Shown: positions 20,444-29,148, counted from the first letter of the whole stretch. The stretch: 55,524 bases of DNA, filler included, from Bacteriovoracaceae bacterium (GCA_018649885.1; 3 parts of 3 records of this genome joined end to end with filler, not necessarily neighbours in it); one strand, 5' to 3'. Translations and numbers: made by a program. Notes: generated from the sequence alone by a model not told the origin.

Positions 20444-21558
20444 ATAGGCAAAAAGAGTTAGAAGGAAATGTAGAGTTTATCTTGGGTTTGAATAAACGCT
20501 ATAAGGAAGAGTTCAAAAAGGCCTTAAAAAGAGGGCAAATTCCCAACCAGAAAAAAATTTGTGAAATCATTTGGTTTGAAAACCAACTGGGAGAATACAA
20601 AATTGACTCATCTCTATTTTTTGATTCATTAAATTGGCACCACAACCTACTAGACGGTAATTTTCTTTGTTCACTTTTATATAGAAAAGGACTTAGAGAA
20701 ATTATATTCCATGACCATGATCTAATTCAAATTGATGACGAAAATGGAACCCATATTGAAAAAGTATCGTTTATTAACAAAAATGATTTTCAAATTTTCA
20801 TCGATTTATTGGCCGTCAAAAATTCAATCAAATGGAATAGTGAAATCCCATTTGCTAGCTTTAATGCCACTATCCAATCGACTAACTTAAGGGCAACTCT
20901 AATATACCCTGAGACCTCAGGATCAGGAGTGGCAAAACTCTTCTTGAGAGCTATATCAAGTAGTGTATTCCCACTTTCAAGCTTCACAGATTGTCCTGAA
21001 ACTAGAAGGACACTAATTGACGCTGTTGAAAAAAAGAAAAACATCCTAATATGTGGAAGCACTGGCTCGGGAAAAACCAGCTTTCTCTCCTCATTACTGG
21101 ATTATACAAAAGAAAATGAGCACACAGTAATTATGGAGGATATTGAGGAAATTGTTCCCCCTTATAAAAGCTCCACAACACTTCTCAGTAAACAAACGGG
21201 GAGTGCCTATTCATTAAAATCATACTGCTCCTATGCTCTTAGAATGAGACCAGATAGGATATGCGTCGGTGAAATGAGATCAGTCGAAGTTATCCCGTTT
21301 CTACTGTCAATGAACACTGGTCACAGAGGACTGATGAGTACAATCCATGCAAGTAGCGCACGCGATGCGATTCAAAGGCTCTCCCTATTATTTTCACTCT
21401 ATAGTGAAGGGCAAGATATAAAAAGAGAATTGATTATAGAAATGGCGGCCAAAAACTTAGATCTAATTGTATTTCTTGAAAATAGGAAAATTAAAGAAAT
21501 TTCGGCCCCTCTTGGAGCCGAAAATGGTCATATATTTTTTGATAAATTATTTGTTTGA
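20440..21558 (+). CDS. tadA: TadA/CpaF pilus assembly ATPase
   Basis: GSTGSGKTS, ALRMRPDRICVGEMR, NTGHRG, STIHA. Confidence 0.9.
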   Translation: MNRQKELEGNVEFILGLNKRYKEEFKKALKRGQIPNQKKICEIIWFENQLGEYKIDSSLFFDSLNWHHNLLDGNFLCSLLYRKGLREIIFHDHDLIQIDDENGTHIEKVSFINKNDFQIFIDLLAVKNSIKWNSEIPFASFNATIQSTNLRATLIYPETSGSGVAKLFLRAISSSVFPLSSFTDCPETRRTLIDAVEKKKNILICGSTGSGKTSFLSSLLDYTKENEHTVIMEDIEEIVPPYKSSTTLLSKQTGSAYSLKSYCSYALRMRPDRICVGEMRSVEVIPFLLSMNTGHRGLMSTIHASSARDAIQRLSLLFSLYSEGQDIKRELIIEMAAKNLDLIVFLENRKIKEISAPLGAENGHIFFDKLFV

Positions 21559-23583
21559 AAAACAATCATGTTTTTTAATATAGGTTGAATTATCTTTGAT
21601 GAAGTAGGCAGCACAGCGCTTTAAGTCCATCCCCTGTTTTACTTCGTCATTACCTTCAAACATAGGGTTTTTCCTTATTTTAGATAAGCTTCTAATGTAT
21701 TTTGAAAGTAGAGTGTTCACAACTTGCTTCTCAGTATCTGACTCTATGTGTTTATAAACACGCCTAGCAACCTTAAGAACATCCATCATTTTACCTTTAT
21801 ACTTTCTGGCCTTTAACAGTTTCTTATGCTCTTTTGCTTGCAGAGCAGTGCAAGCATTTTTTTGAAAAAGAGCACTATCAAAATTTAGTTTTGTTTTGAG
21901 ATCTTCGGTCTCAAGTCTATCGACCTCTATATAAGCTGGAATAATATTGTAATCAATTTTCTTAGATTCAATGTCGATTGTCTCAAATACTCCCTCTTCT
22001 ATTTCGCAGCCTGGAAGTGAAAATGTTTGTCCATCTGCTGAAAAGGCATCTAAAAGATTATTCTCATCATCACCTAACTGGCTACTCAAGCTCATAGGAA
22101 AGTATTTTTTAACTACCGCTGAAAAAATATCAAAATAAGCGCTGTCATCAGTTGATTTTAAAGTCTCAGATAGGAGCTCTACTAAAAAGAGGTCCGGAAA
22201 AGGAATATTTTTACTGGCGAATAAACTAATCATATCTACAAGAGCACTACTTTGCCCTAATTGTTCAATAAAAGAGCTTGGAGCAATACTTTGATATGAT
22301 TCAGTAAAGCTCAGTGCTGAGCTAGAAAATGGAGTTGACCAAACTTTTAGATCAGCAGCGGTCAGTAAAAGCCCTTTTTCCAATACTTCTTGTTTTAATT
22401 TTACCTGGTGACTATTTAATTCTTCTAAAGCCGCAGTATAGTTTCCAATTTCAACACCTACAGCATCGAAATCTCTTCCATCTCTGGGAAGCTCTAATAT
22501 TCTAGTGATTCCAACCCCTACTTCAGGCCTTAATCTTCCATCACTTTGTTCAGCTTGATTTAGCTTAATGAGAAGAGTTGAAAAATCATCGCGAGATTCT
22601 TTAAGTCTTTCTTTTAGTTGAGTTGGCGTATGCTCATCATGTCTATCTAGGAAGGCCGAAATTGCAAGCTGAGTATCCTCGCCCCAAGATCTGATTTCAT
22701 CACCTCTCGTTTCCGCACCTTTAAATACTGTCTTTATTTTTTCTTGTTCATTTTGAAGAAAGATCAAATCAGTTGCATAAGCACCAATCATCACAAAATC
22801 AACTTGCTTTGGATTTTTAGCTATAATAGCGGCAATACCATCTTTTAGCTCTGGCTCTACTTCAGCATCTAAGCTAATGCCTTGGGATTCAATATTGCTT
22901 CCAAAGCTCTTCAGACTTTCAATTCCATCTCTCAGCTCGGTAGCAAAGGTCTCAGGTAAGAGTTCTTCGTTTTTTCCTAAGTACTCTTCAAGACCTAGAA
23001 CAGACTCTGTGGACCAGGCCAGAAGCTCCCCATAAGTAAGGTTAGTTTCTCTATTTCCAATAATTAACTCAGAAAACCCATCTTGAACAAATGCTAAAAC
23101 ACTTGAATCCTCAAAAAAAGCTCCCAGTTGATTAAAATCAATTTCATCAGAATTTCTTAATATTTTTCTCATGCCGTATGAAATAGGCTCAGGAAATACT
23201 TCATTAGGATCATTTGATTTTAACTCTACGCTGGCTTCTGATAACTTAACTCTGATATTTAATAGTTCTTCTCTTTTTTCACTAGTAATGATTGCTCCGC
23301 CCTTAGCTATCACATTACCAAGGCTTACCAAAAGACCATCAAGTAACTTGGTCAACTCTCCGTAAGTGATTTCCTCGCCTAGTTGAAAAATATTTGCCTT
23401 AAACTGTTCTTGCTTTACTTCAACAGCATCAGTTTTTTCTTTCAGGTCTTTCGCGCCCTCGGCCTTTGGGATCTGGGACCCCATATTGGAGCGCCCATCA
23501 GCTCCATCATCATTAAATTCACAGCTGACTAGCGAGAATTGAAGAATAAATAAGATAAATCCAATTAACTTAAATTTTGACAT
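21547..23583 (-). CDS. Large lipoprotein with four ~110-aa helical repeats
   Basis: Lipobox LVSC; repeating T-x-GE-L/I-xx-W...PE...GI...DF pattern. Confidence 0.75.
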   Translation of the reverse strand: MSKFKLIGFILFILQFSLVSCEFNDDGADGRSNMGSQIPKAEGAKDLKEKTDAVEVKQEQFKANIFQLGEEITYGELTKLLDGLLVSLGNVIAKGGAIITSEKREELLNIRVKLSEASVELKSNDPNEVFPEPISYGMRKILRNSDEIDFNQLGAFFEDSSVLAFVQDGFSELIIGNRETNLTYGELLAWSTESVLGLEEYLGKNEELLPETFATELRDGIESLKSFGSNIESQGISLDAEVEPELKDGIAAIIAKNPKQVDFVMIGAYATDLIFLQNEQEKIKTVFKGAETRGDEIRSWGEDTQLAISAFLDRHDEHTPTQLKERLKESRDDFSTLLIKLNQAEQSDGRLRPEVGVGITRILELPRDGRDFDAVGVEIGNYTAALEELNSHQVKLKQEVLEKGLLLTAADLKVWSTPFSSSALSFTESYQSIAPSSFIEQLGQSSALVDMISLFASKNIPFPDLFLVELLSETLKSTDDSAYFDIFSAVVKKYFPMSLSSQLGDDENNLLDAFSADGQTFSLPGCEIEEGVFETIDIESKKIDYNIIPAYIEVDRLETEDLKTKLNFDSALFQKNACTALQAKEHKKLLKARKYKGKMMDVLKVARRVYKHIESDTEKQVVNTLLSKYIRSLSKIRKNPMFEGNDEVKQGMDLKRCAAYFIKDNSTYIKKHDCFSNK

Positions 23584-23838
23584 GACCCGACCTTGACGTA
23601 ATTGTTGCGAGTAAATCTTATCAATTTAGTGGATTTGGCTCTATATGATTGTAAAGTTTACTGGGCCGTACAGGGTCTATACAGCTGTGATATTGAGCAC
23701 TTAGAAAGGACAATCTCTATTATCTGCTTCATCGTCATCGCCTAAAATACGAAGTCCCAAACACCATTTGAGTTCAAGCCCCGTTGTCACAATTTCAAGG
23801 TCCTGTGCCATTTGAGATTCTAGTAACACTTGGAGCTC

Positions 23839-23941
23839 AATCTCTCAACTTGTTTCAACTAAGTGGTGAAGTTGTCATGGCCAATAGAGGGGTCTTAGAA
23901 TTTTCAGATCTTCTGAAAAGACCACTTGATACCTATAAATA
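23839..23941 (+). pseudogene. Internal fragment of a PrkA-type AAA/serine kinase gene at the contig end
   Basis: QSLNLFQLSGEVVMANRGVLEFSDLLKRPLDTYK matches the PrkA ANRG...LKRP motif; there is no room for the N-terminal part. Confidence 0.6.
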
Positions 23942-24041
23942 NNNNNNNNNNNNNNNNNNNNNNNNNNNNNNNNNNNNNNNNNNNNTTAATTAATTAANNN
24001 NNNNNNNNNNNNNNNNNNNNNNNNNNNNNNNNNNNNNNNNN
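23942..24041. other. Artificial contig linker
   Basis: 44 N + TTAATTAATTAA (stops in all six frames) + 44 N. Confidence 0.99.
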
Positions 24042-24803
24042 AAGGTGGAGTATTTCTGTAGCTCCGGTTAACTGCTCTTTCCAATACCCAAGATTCTTCT
24101 CAAATAAACTTCCATTCATCTCGCGACACTGCCAGATTGAAAAGTCCGGGTATTGTATTTTCAATTCAGGAAGAGGTGAAGGTCTCTCTTCAGAGAAAGT
24201 CTGATAAAGCGTAGTGAGCTCCCTGAATAATATCCCGATAGACCAGGCATCGGAAATAATGTGATGCATTGTTATAAGGAGGACATGATCCTCAACACCT
24301 GACTTAAGAAGAGTGAACCGGATCAGTGGGCCGTTTGCAAGATCAAAGGGTAGTTGGAACTCCTCATTAGCAATTTTGTGTACTTCAGCGAGTTTCTCTT
24401 CTTCGCTTACATGTTGCAGGTCATTAATGGACATTGATGTTTCAACTTCACGATGTACAATTTGTTGCGGATCTCCATCTCGATCCACAAAGGTGGTTCT
24501 CAATGCTTCATGGCGGCACACGATCTCATCGAAGCACCGCTGTAACACTTCAACACGTAAAAAGCCGGTAAGATGTACAGCCACAGGTATATGGTAAGCC
24601 GTACTTTCCCCTTCTAACTGGTCTAAAAACCACAGTCGTTGCTGGGCAAAAGATAATGGAACCGTCTCCTCTTGAGAGCGAATGGGTATTTCCCCTGAAA
24701 AATCCCCAGGAACACTCTTTCCCCTTAATCTTTTTTCTAAAAGATCTCTCTTCTCTGAAGATAGCTTCGACTTTCTTTCATTTACCCGGTCACTTCTATA
24801 CAT
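24042..24803 (-). CDS. NRPS N-terminus (condensation domain), truncated by the gap
   Basis: PLSFAQQRLWFL, RHEALRT, PFDLANGPL, HHIISDAWS; N-terminal LSSEKRDLLEKRL docking-like helix. Confidence 0.95.
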
Positions 24804-24829
24804 TTAATATCCTAAACCTAAAGAGTCTA

Positions 24830-24875
24830 CCGCTAAAGGCGTCACTGAAAACAAATTAAAGTCCACCTCTGGCGG
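24830..24875. repeat. Imperfect REP-like inverted repeat upstream of the NRPS
   Basis: CCGCTAAAGGCGTCACT ... AGTCCACCTCTGGCGG. Confidence 0.4.
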
Positions 24876-25060
24876 GAATTATGAAGTTTGAAATTTCCGT
24901 ATTTTAACATAGCTTGCTTTCCGTAAAAAGACCAATTTCATAATGTTTCTGTTTGGATAATTTTATGATTTGAAATCTTTAATACATCTGGTATAAGCAA
25001 TGAAGAGTAGTGGAGCTGCCGGTTAATTGGAATGGCGCATTGAATAAGGAGATGAAAAGT

Positions 25061-25222
25061 ATGGAAAAATATGTTTGTAGTATATGCAGTTATGTTTATG
25101 ATCCTGAGCAAGGCGATCCGGATGCTGGAATAGAACCAGGAACAAAGTTTGAAGATTTGCCAGATGATTGGGTATGTCCGGAATGTGGCGCATCAAAAGA
25201 CCAATTCGACAAAGAAGAATAA
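25061..25222 (+). CDS. Rubredoxin (53 aa)
   Basis: [10 protein letters not shown]...[23 protein letters not shown]. Confidence 0.96.
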   Translation: MEKYVCSICSYVYDPEQGDPDAGIEPGTKFEDLPDDWVCPECGASKDQFDKEE

Positions 25223-25376
25223 AAGTATTGTGTAATAAGTGCGGCTTGTTTCTAGTACGTTTATACAGTTAATGGTAAAACTTGTCTCGTGTCCCAACCA
25301 AGACTTGGAGAACCTGATCCATAAGTTTTAAATTGGTATCTGGGCTGAATTGCCTCTTGATTTCCATAATACTACT

Positions 25377-25437
25377 TATTAACATTCGAACACGGAAAAT
25401 TTAATAGAAAACTTTCCACCTATTCCAACTGTTATGC
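25377..25437 (+). repeat. attC0 (degenerate attC-like site) at the array start
   Basis: TAACA-TTCGAACA-CGGAAAATTT ... AAAACTTTCC-ACC-TATTCCAA-C-TGTTA imperfect palindrome ending in core GTTATGC. Confidence 0.55.
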
Positions 25438-26084
25438 AAAAAAATATTATGGAAATATCTGAAAACTACTCAAGGTTAACAGGTGAAGATACATTTCTTA
25501 AGATAGCAAAACAAAATCTTAATAGATTTGATAAATTAAATCCTCAATTGCTCAAGCTTAGGGAAAAAATTTCGGCCGTACTAACAAACTGCGATGACAC
25601 AAATAATCCACCTCGTGAATATTATGATTTATACAACGAAATTAACCCAATAGAAGACGAGTGGGATCAATGTTGCATTGTCTCTGTTGTTTTCACTGCA
25701 ATGTATTTCGAAGCATTTATTTATGACTATGCTGCATCATATCTTGGGGATGATTACTCAAAAAGTCATCTGGACAAGTTGGATTTTATTTCTAAGTGGT
25801 TGGTAATCCCCAAACTTATAACAGGGAAAGAACTGTCAAAGGAGGGACAAGCATATCAAGCACTAAAAAGGTTGCATAAAGATAGAAATTCGTTGGTACA
25901 TTTGAAGTCTAAAAAGTTTAAAATGAATCATTCCGCTATATTTGATCATCTGCAAAAAAGAGAAAAAAATATACGAGACAGTGTTAAAAATTGTCGTATT
26001 GTCATAGAGCAAGTAATCAATGAGCTTGTTAGGATTGATCCTAAGCATCTAAAGGTAAGACTTGCAAATAAATCACATAACTAA
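25434..26084 (+). CDS. Cassette 1: HEPN-motif protein (putative RNase)
   Basis: Helical protein with AMYFEAFI and RNSLVH (Rx4H); its stop lies inside attC1. Confidence 0.7.
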   Translation: MQKNIMEISENYSRLTGEDTFLKIAKQNLNRFDKLNPQLLKLREKISAVLTNCDDTNNPPREYYDLYNEINPIEDEWDQCCIVSVVFTAMYFEAFIYDYAASYLGDDYSKSHLDKLDFISKWLVIPKLITGKELSKEGQAYQALKRLHKDRNSLVHLKSKKFKMNHSAIFDHLQKREKNIRDSVKNCRIVIEQVINELVRIDPKHLKVRLANKSHN

Positions 26085-26135
26085 GCCATCAAATTGACAC
26101 CAAAAAACGGTCCAATTTATGGCAGAACGTTATGC
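26075..26135 (+). repeat. attC1 (61 bp)
   Basis: ACATAAC...GTTATGC; arms GCCAT(C)AAATTG / CAATTTATGGC with one extrahelical base. Confidence 0.9.
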
Positions 26136-26142
26136 TGAAAAA

Positions 26143-26838
26143 ATGAATCATATAGAAAAATCAATTAAACTTGTTAAGTCGAAGCTCAAGTGCGAGGTTA
26201 AGCACAATATTTGTGATGAAACTAGTTTTAGTTATGATTTTGATCAGGGAATTCATATTATATCAACCCCAACTAAATCTAACACTGATGAATTCTGGAA
26301 TTTGTTATTCTTGCATGAGCTTATACATGCACTTCACAAAGAAATTCTTCCAATAAAATTCTCAGAAAATCCAACAAATGTTCCTATTGGAACCAATAGG
26401 GAAGTGGCGAATTATTTCAATACGGTTAAGGACTGGTTTGTGCTGGGGAATTTGTTAGAGTATTGCCATGAAGAAACAAAATTTTATATAGAAAAAGAAG
26501 TGGAAGAATTTTTAAGAAAAGTAACCATTAATATGGATGTAAAAGATCGGCTGATAGTGGGTATGCTATCTGCTGAAGCAAAGTTGATTTTGGATAAAAA
26601 TTATTTTATTAATAATGAGCAAGAAGTGTTATCCGTTCGAAACGAATTGCTAAAAATTGACCCTAAATTACCAAGTGTGGAAAATCTAACGACATCAGTG
26701 AATGGATTATTTGATATTTTTGGATATTTCAAACTTTCCATTTCTACAAAAGAACAAGATGATTGGGAAGTAAATCAAATTAATGAACTGCCGAAAAAAG
26801 AGTCAAATATAAAGAATTTATTTAAAAAGTTTTCTTGA
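26143..26838 (+). CDS. Cassette 2: HExxH putative zinc metallopeptidase
   Basis: LFLHELIHALH; start MNHIEK just after the attC1 core site. Confidence 0.7.
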   Translation: MNHIEKSIKLVKSKLKCEVKHNICDETSFSYDFDQGIHIISTPTKSNTDEFWNLLFLHELIHALHKEILPIKFSENPTNVPIGTNREVANYFNTVKDWFVLGNLLEYCHEETKFYIEKEVEEFLRKVTINMDVKDRLIVGMLSAEAKLILDKNYFINNEQEVLSVRNELLKIDPKLPSVENLTTSVNGLFDIFGYFKLSISTKEQDDWEVNQINELPKKESNIKNLFKKFS

Positions 26839-26860
26839 GAGAAGTGACTCTTTACTATTT

Positions 26861-26982
26861 GCATAACACCTATAAGGCCCCCGTTGTTATGTTCGGTTTG
26901 ACTACTTTTAGATTCTTTGATTGCCTTATTATCTTTCTCTGTTTTATTTGCCATACGGGTTAACTCACTTCAGTCGTTATAC
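26861..26982 (+). repeat. attC2 (122 bp, left arm decayed)
   Basis: GCATAAC...GTTATAC; the right half resembles attC3, but no partner for GGGTTAACTCAC is visible on the left. Confidence 0.7.
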
Positions 26983-27009
26983 ACATAAACACATATATAT
27001 GAATTTAAA

Positions 27010-27744
27010 ATGAAGAAATTCACAAATATATCTTTAAAAAGCATAGGTTTTTACAATCCTTGGTTTCCAAGAAGGCTCCTAATATTTCTTAACTTCCTAT
27101 TTTTGCTGATAAACAAAGAAGTGTTTTTACCGTCAACAACTGAACACAAGAAGACAGCGACAAGAGCAGCAATAATATTTTTGGTAACATTATCTTGTCT
27201 CCTATTAATAATTTCATTACCACCAATAATGGATTTTATTCTAAAACACAATATCACACCAGAATTGAAGAAAACGATAATTAATGATAAAATAGCCATT
27301 AAATTATGGATTGGATGGGGATGTTTGTTTCTTGAAATTGCAGGACTTCTTTTATTAGGAGGGGCAATTTGGGGTGAATGGAGTACAAAAACATTTCGGG
27401 ACAATATAGAATCTTTTGAAAAATCAAAAGTTAAAAACACTGAGACAGATCGAGATAATATTTTAACAAGAATCAATGAAAAGACCTCTGATATAAAAAA
27501 ATATATTCAACAGTACAAAACATCAAAATCTTTAAAAGAAAAATATTTAATAATGGTTAAGTTATATAACCTAGCAGTTGGTTTTTTTGATAACATCCCT
27601 GAATACCAAGGACGTTATATAATAGTAATGTTTTTCACTCGTTTCCCTGGTGGATTATATGGATTGTTCGCTTTCACTTTATTCTCAATATTAGCTGTTT
27701 TAAAAGTTGGACAACTATATCTCAACAATAGTCTTTTTAACTAA
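27010..27744 (+). CDS. Cassette 3: multi-pass membrane protein
   Basis: 3-4 hydrophobic helices around a charged helical region. Confidence 0.7.
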   Translation: MKKFTNISLKSIGFYNPWFPRRLLIFLNFLFLLINKEVFLPSTTEHKKTATRAAIIFLVTLSCLLLIISLPPIMDFILKHNITPELKKTIINDKIAIKLWIGWGCLFLEIAGLLLLGGAIWGEWSTKTFRDNIESFEKSKVKNTETDRDNILTRINEKTSDIKKYIQQYKTSKSLKEKYLIMVKLYNLAVGFFDNIPEYQGRYIIVMFFTRFPGGLYGLFAFTLFSILAVLKVGQLYLNNSLFN

Positions 27745-27777
27745 AGAGATGAAAAATGAATTTGCCACAAAAACTAC

Positions 27778-27903
27778 GTATGACAAATCAGTGGAGCCAA
27801 CACCTCCGTCATTTGTGATTCGATTATATTTAGACTCTGTATTTATCTTATTTTTATCTATTATTTTATTTGCTAAATGGGGTTGCTCACCTCGACGTTA
27901 GGT
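27778..27903 (+). repeat. attC3 (126 bp, inverse core AAC>GAC)
   Basis: GTATGAC...GTTAGGT; arms GTG(G)AGC(C)AAC / GTTGCTCAC with two extrahelical bases. Confidence 0.82.
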
Positions 27904-27919
27904 GTCTAAAGGAGAAAGC

Positions 27920-28243
27920 ATGATGAATGAAAATTTAGAACCATCTTTGCACTCAGCAAAAGCATTCGCGGAGTTTTCTCAAAAGAAGGCTAATGATGCT
28001 AAGAAAAAAGCAGCAGCCACAAAAAAAGCCAGTCAGCTCGCTTCTGATCAAGTAGCTTTACTAAAAGAATCTAATGAATTAGCTAAAAAAGCACTTACCG
28101 AGGCCAATCTTAGATCAGAACAAGAGAGAGCCTTGCACGAATCAAACAGCACTGATGTAGTTGATATAAAGCCAAACTTTTTTGGTTTAGGTGCAAACTT
28201 GAATGAAGCATGGCGTAGGTTTAAAAAATGGAGTTCGAAATAA
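27920..28243 (+). CDS. Cassette 4: small coiled-coil protein
   Basis: AAGGAG RBS; Ala/Lys-rich helix; C-terminal IKPNFFGLGANLNEAW. Confidence 0.75.
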   Translation: MMNENLEPSLHSAKAFAEFSQKKANDAKKKAAATKKASQLASDQVALLKESNELAKKALTEANLRSEQERALHESNSTDVVDIKPNFFGLGANLNEAWRRFKKWSSK

Positions 28244-28246
28244 AAC

Positions 28247-28327
28247 ACCTAACAAGCAGGTCAAGTTCGCTCCCGTTGGTCGCTGGGACGCGCAAACAAC
28301 ACGCGCCCCTTACCTAAATCGTTAGCA
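28247..28327 (+). repeat. attC4 (81 bp)
   Basis: ACCTAAC...GTTAGCA; arms AGGT(C)AAG / CTTACCT; GC-rich central stem-loops. Confidence 0.9.
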
Positions 28328-28438
28328 GCAAAGAATAAAGGGACGGTTGTATATGCTCAGTAATTAGGTAACTTATAAAAAACAGTAAACTGCTTACAGG
28401 AAAAAAACCTTCAAACAAGTTTAAATAATACATTGATC

Positions 28439-29134
28439 ATGAACACTTCACGCCCGGTTTATCTCTTCTCTGACAGTCAACTCCTGTTCCGGAAGTTAGA
28501 CGGTGTCTCTTTTCTCAATTCCATAATCGAAGACTTACAGAAAGATTCGCTCAAGGCTGCCTATATAGGTGCTTCTAATAATGACCTACCTGAATTTTAC
28601 GATCACTTTGTGGCGGCAATGGAGAATATTGGGATTAGAAATTGCCGAATGATCCGTTCCTCTTTCTCAAAAAATGACCAGAACTTTCTTGAAAAAGCTG
28701 ACATCATTCTTTTATCCGGAGGGGATGTAGAACAAGGATGGGATGTGTTTGTGAAGACAGGAATAAGAGAGGCAATTGTCAGCAAGCATGAAGAAGGAGC
28801 TATTTTGATCGGTATTTCCGCGGGAGCAATACAACTGGGGTTGTGCGGATATCGCGAAGGAGAGATTCAGGAAGAACGTGTATTTGACGCATTCCAGTTT
28901 GTTCCTTACATCATCGCGGTGCATGAGGAAAAAAGTAATTGGAAGAATCTGAGAAAAACAGTTCTGTTCAAGGGAGAATATTCAAAAGGTATCGGGATTT
29001 CTACAGGTGGCGGAATAATTTATCACGAGGATAAAACGATTGAACCAATTCGGTTCCCTCTTTATGAATTTTCAATCAAAGACAATCAGACAATCGAGAA
29101 TTTACTCATTCCACCTGAGATGGACTATTCCTGA
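28439..29134 (+). CDS. Peptidase S51 family (dipeptidase E/cyanophycinase-like)
   Basis: ILLSGGD, nucleophile motif GISAGA, downstream HEE. Confidence 0.8.
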   Translation: MNTSRPVYLFSDSQLLFRKLDGVSFLNSIIEDLQKDSLKAAYIGASNNDLPEFYDHFVAAMENIGIRNCRMIRSSFSKNDQNFLEKADIILLSGGDVEQGWDVFVKTGIREAIVSKHEEGAILIGISAGAIQLGLCGYREGEIQEERVFDAFQFVPYIIAVHEEKSNWKNLRKTVLFKGEYSKGIGISTGGGIIYHEDKTIEPIRFPLYEFSIKDNQTIENLLIPPEMDYS

Positions 29135-29148
29135 TTAAAACTGAAAAA

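Larger units (their letters stand above)
25377..28327 (+). mobile_element. Integron cassette array without an integrase on this contig (CALIN): 4 cassettes, 5 attC-like sites
   Basis: Co-oriented AT-rich single ORFs, each bounded by a GTT core site and a complementary inverse core site. Confidence 0.88.

Noticed and set aside
23942..24041. TTAATTAATTAA palindrome, repeated at 30042-30053
   Set aside because: Identical N-flanked six-frame stop linker; an assembly artefact.
25223..25437. intI or attI upstream of the cassettes
   Set aside because: No recombinase ORF on either strand, and the site at 25377-25437 is palindromic like an attC.
28439..29134. S51 peptidase as a fifth cassette
   Set aside because: No inverse core matching GTTAGCA and no attC after its stop; composition resembles the flanking genes.
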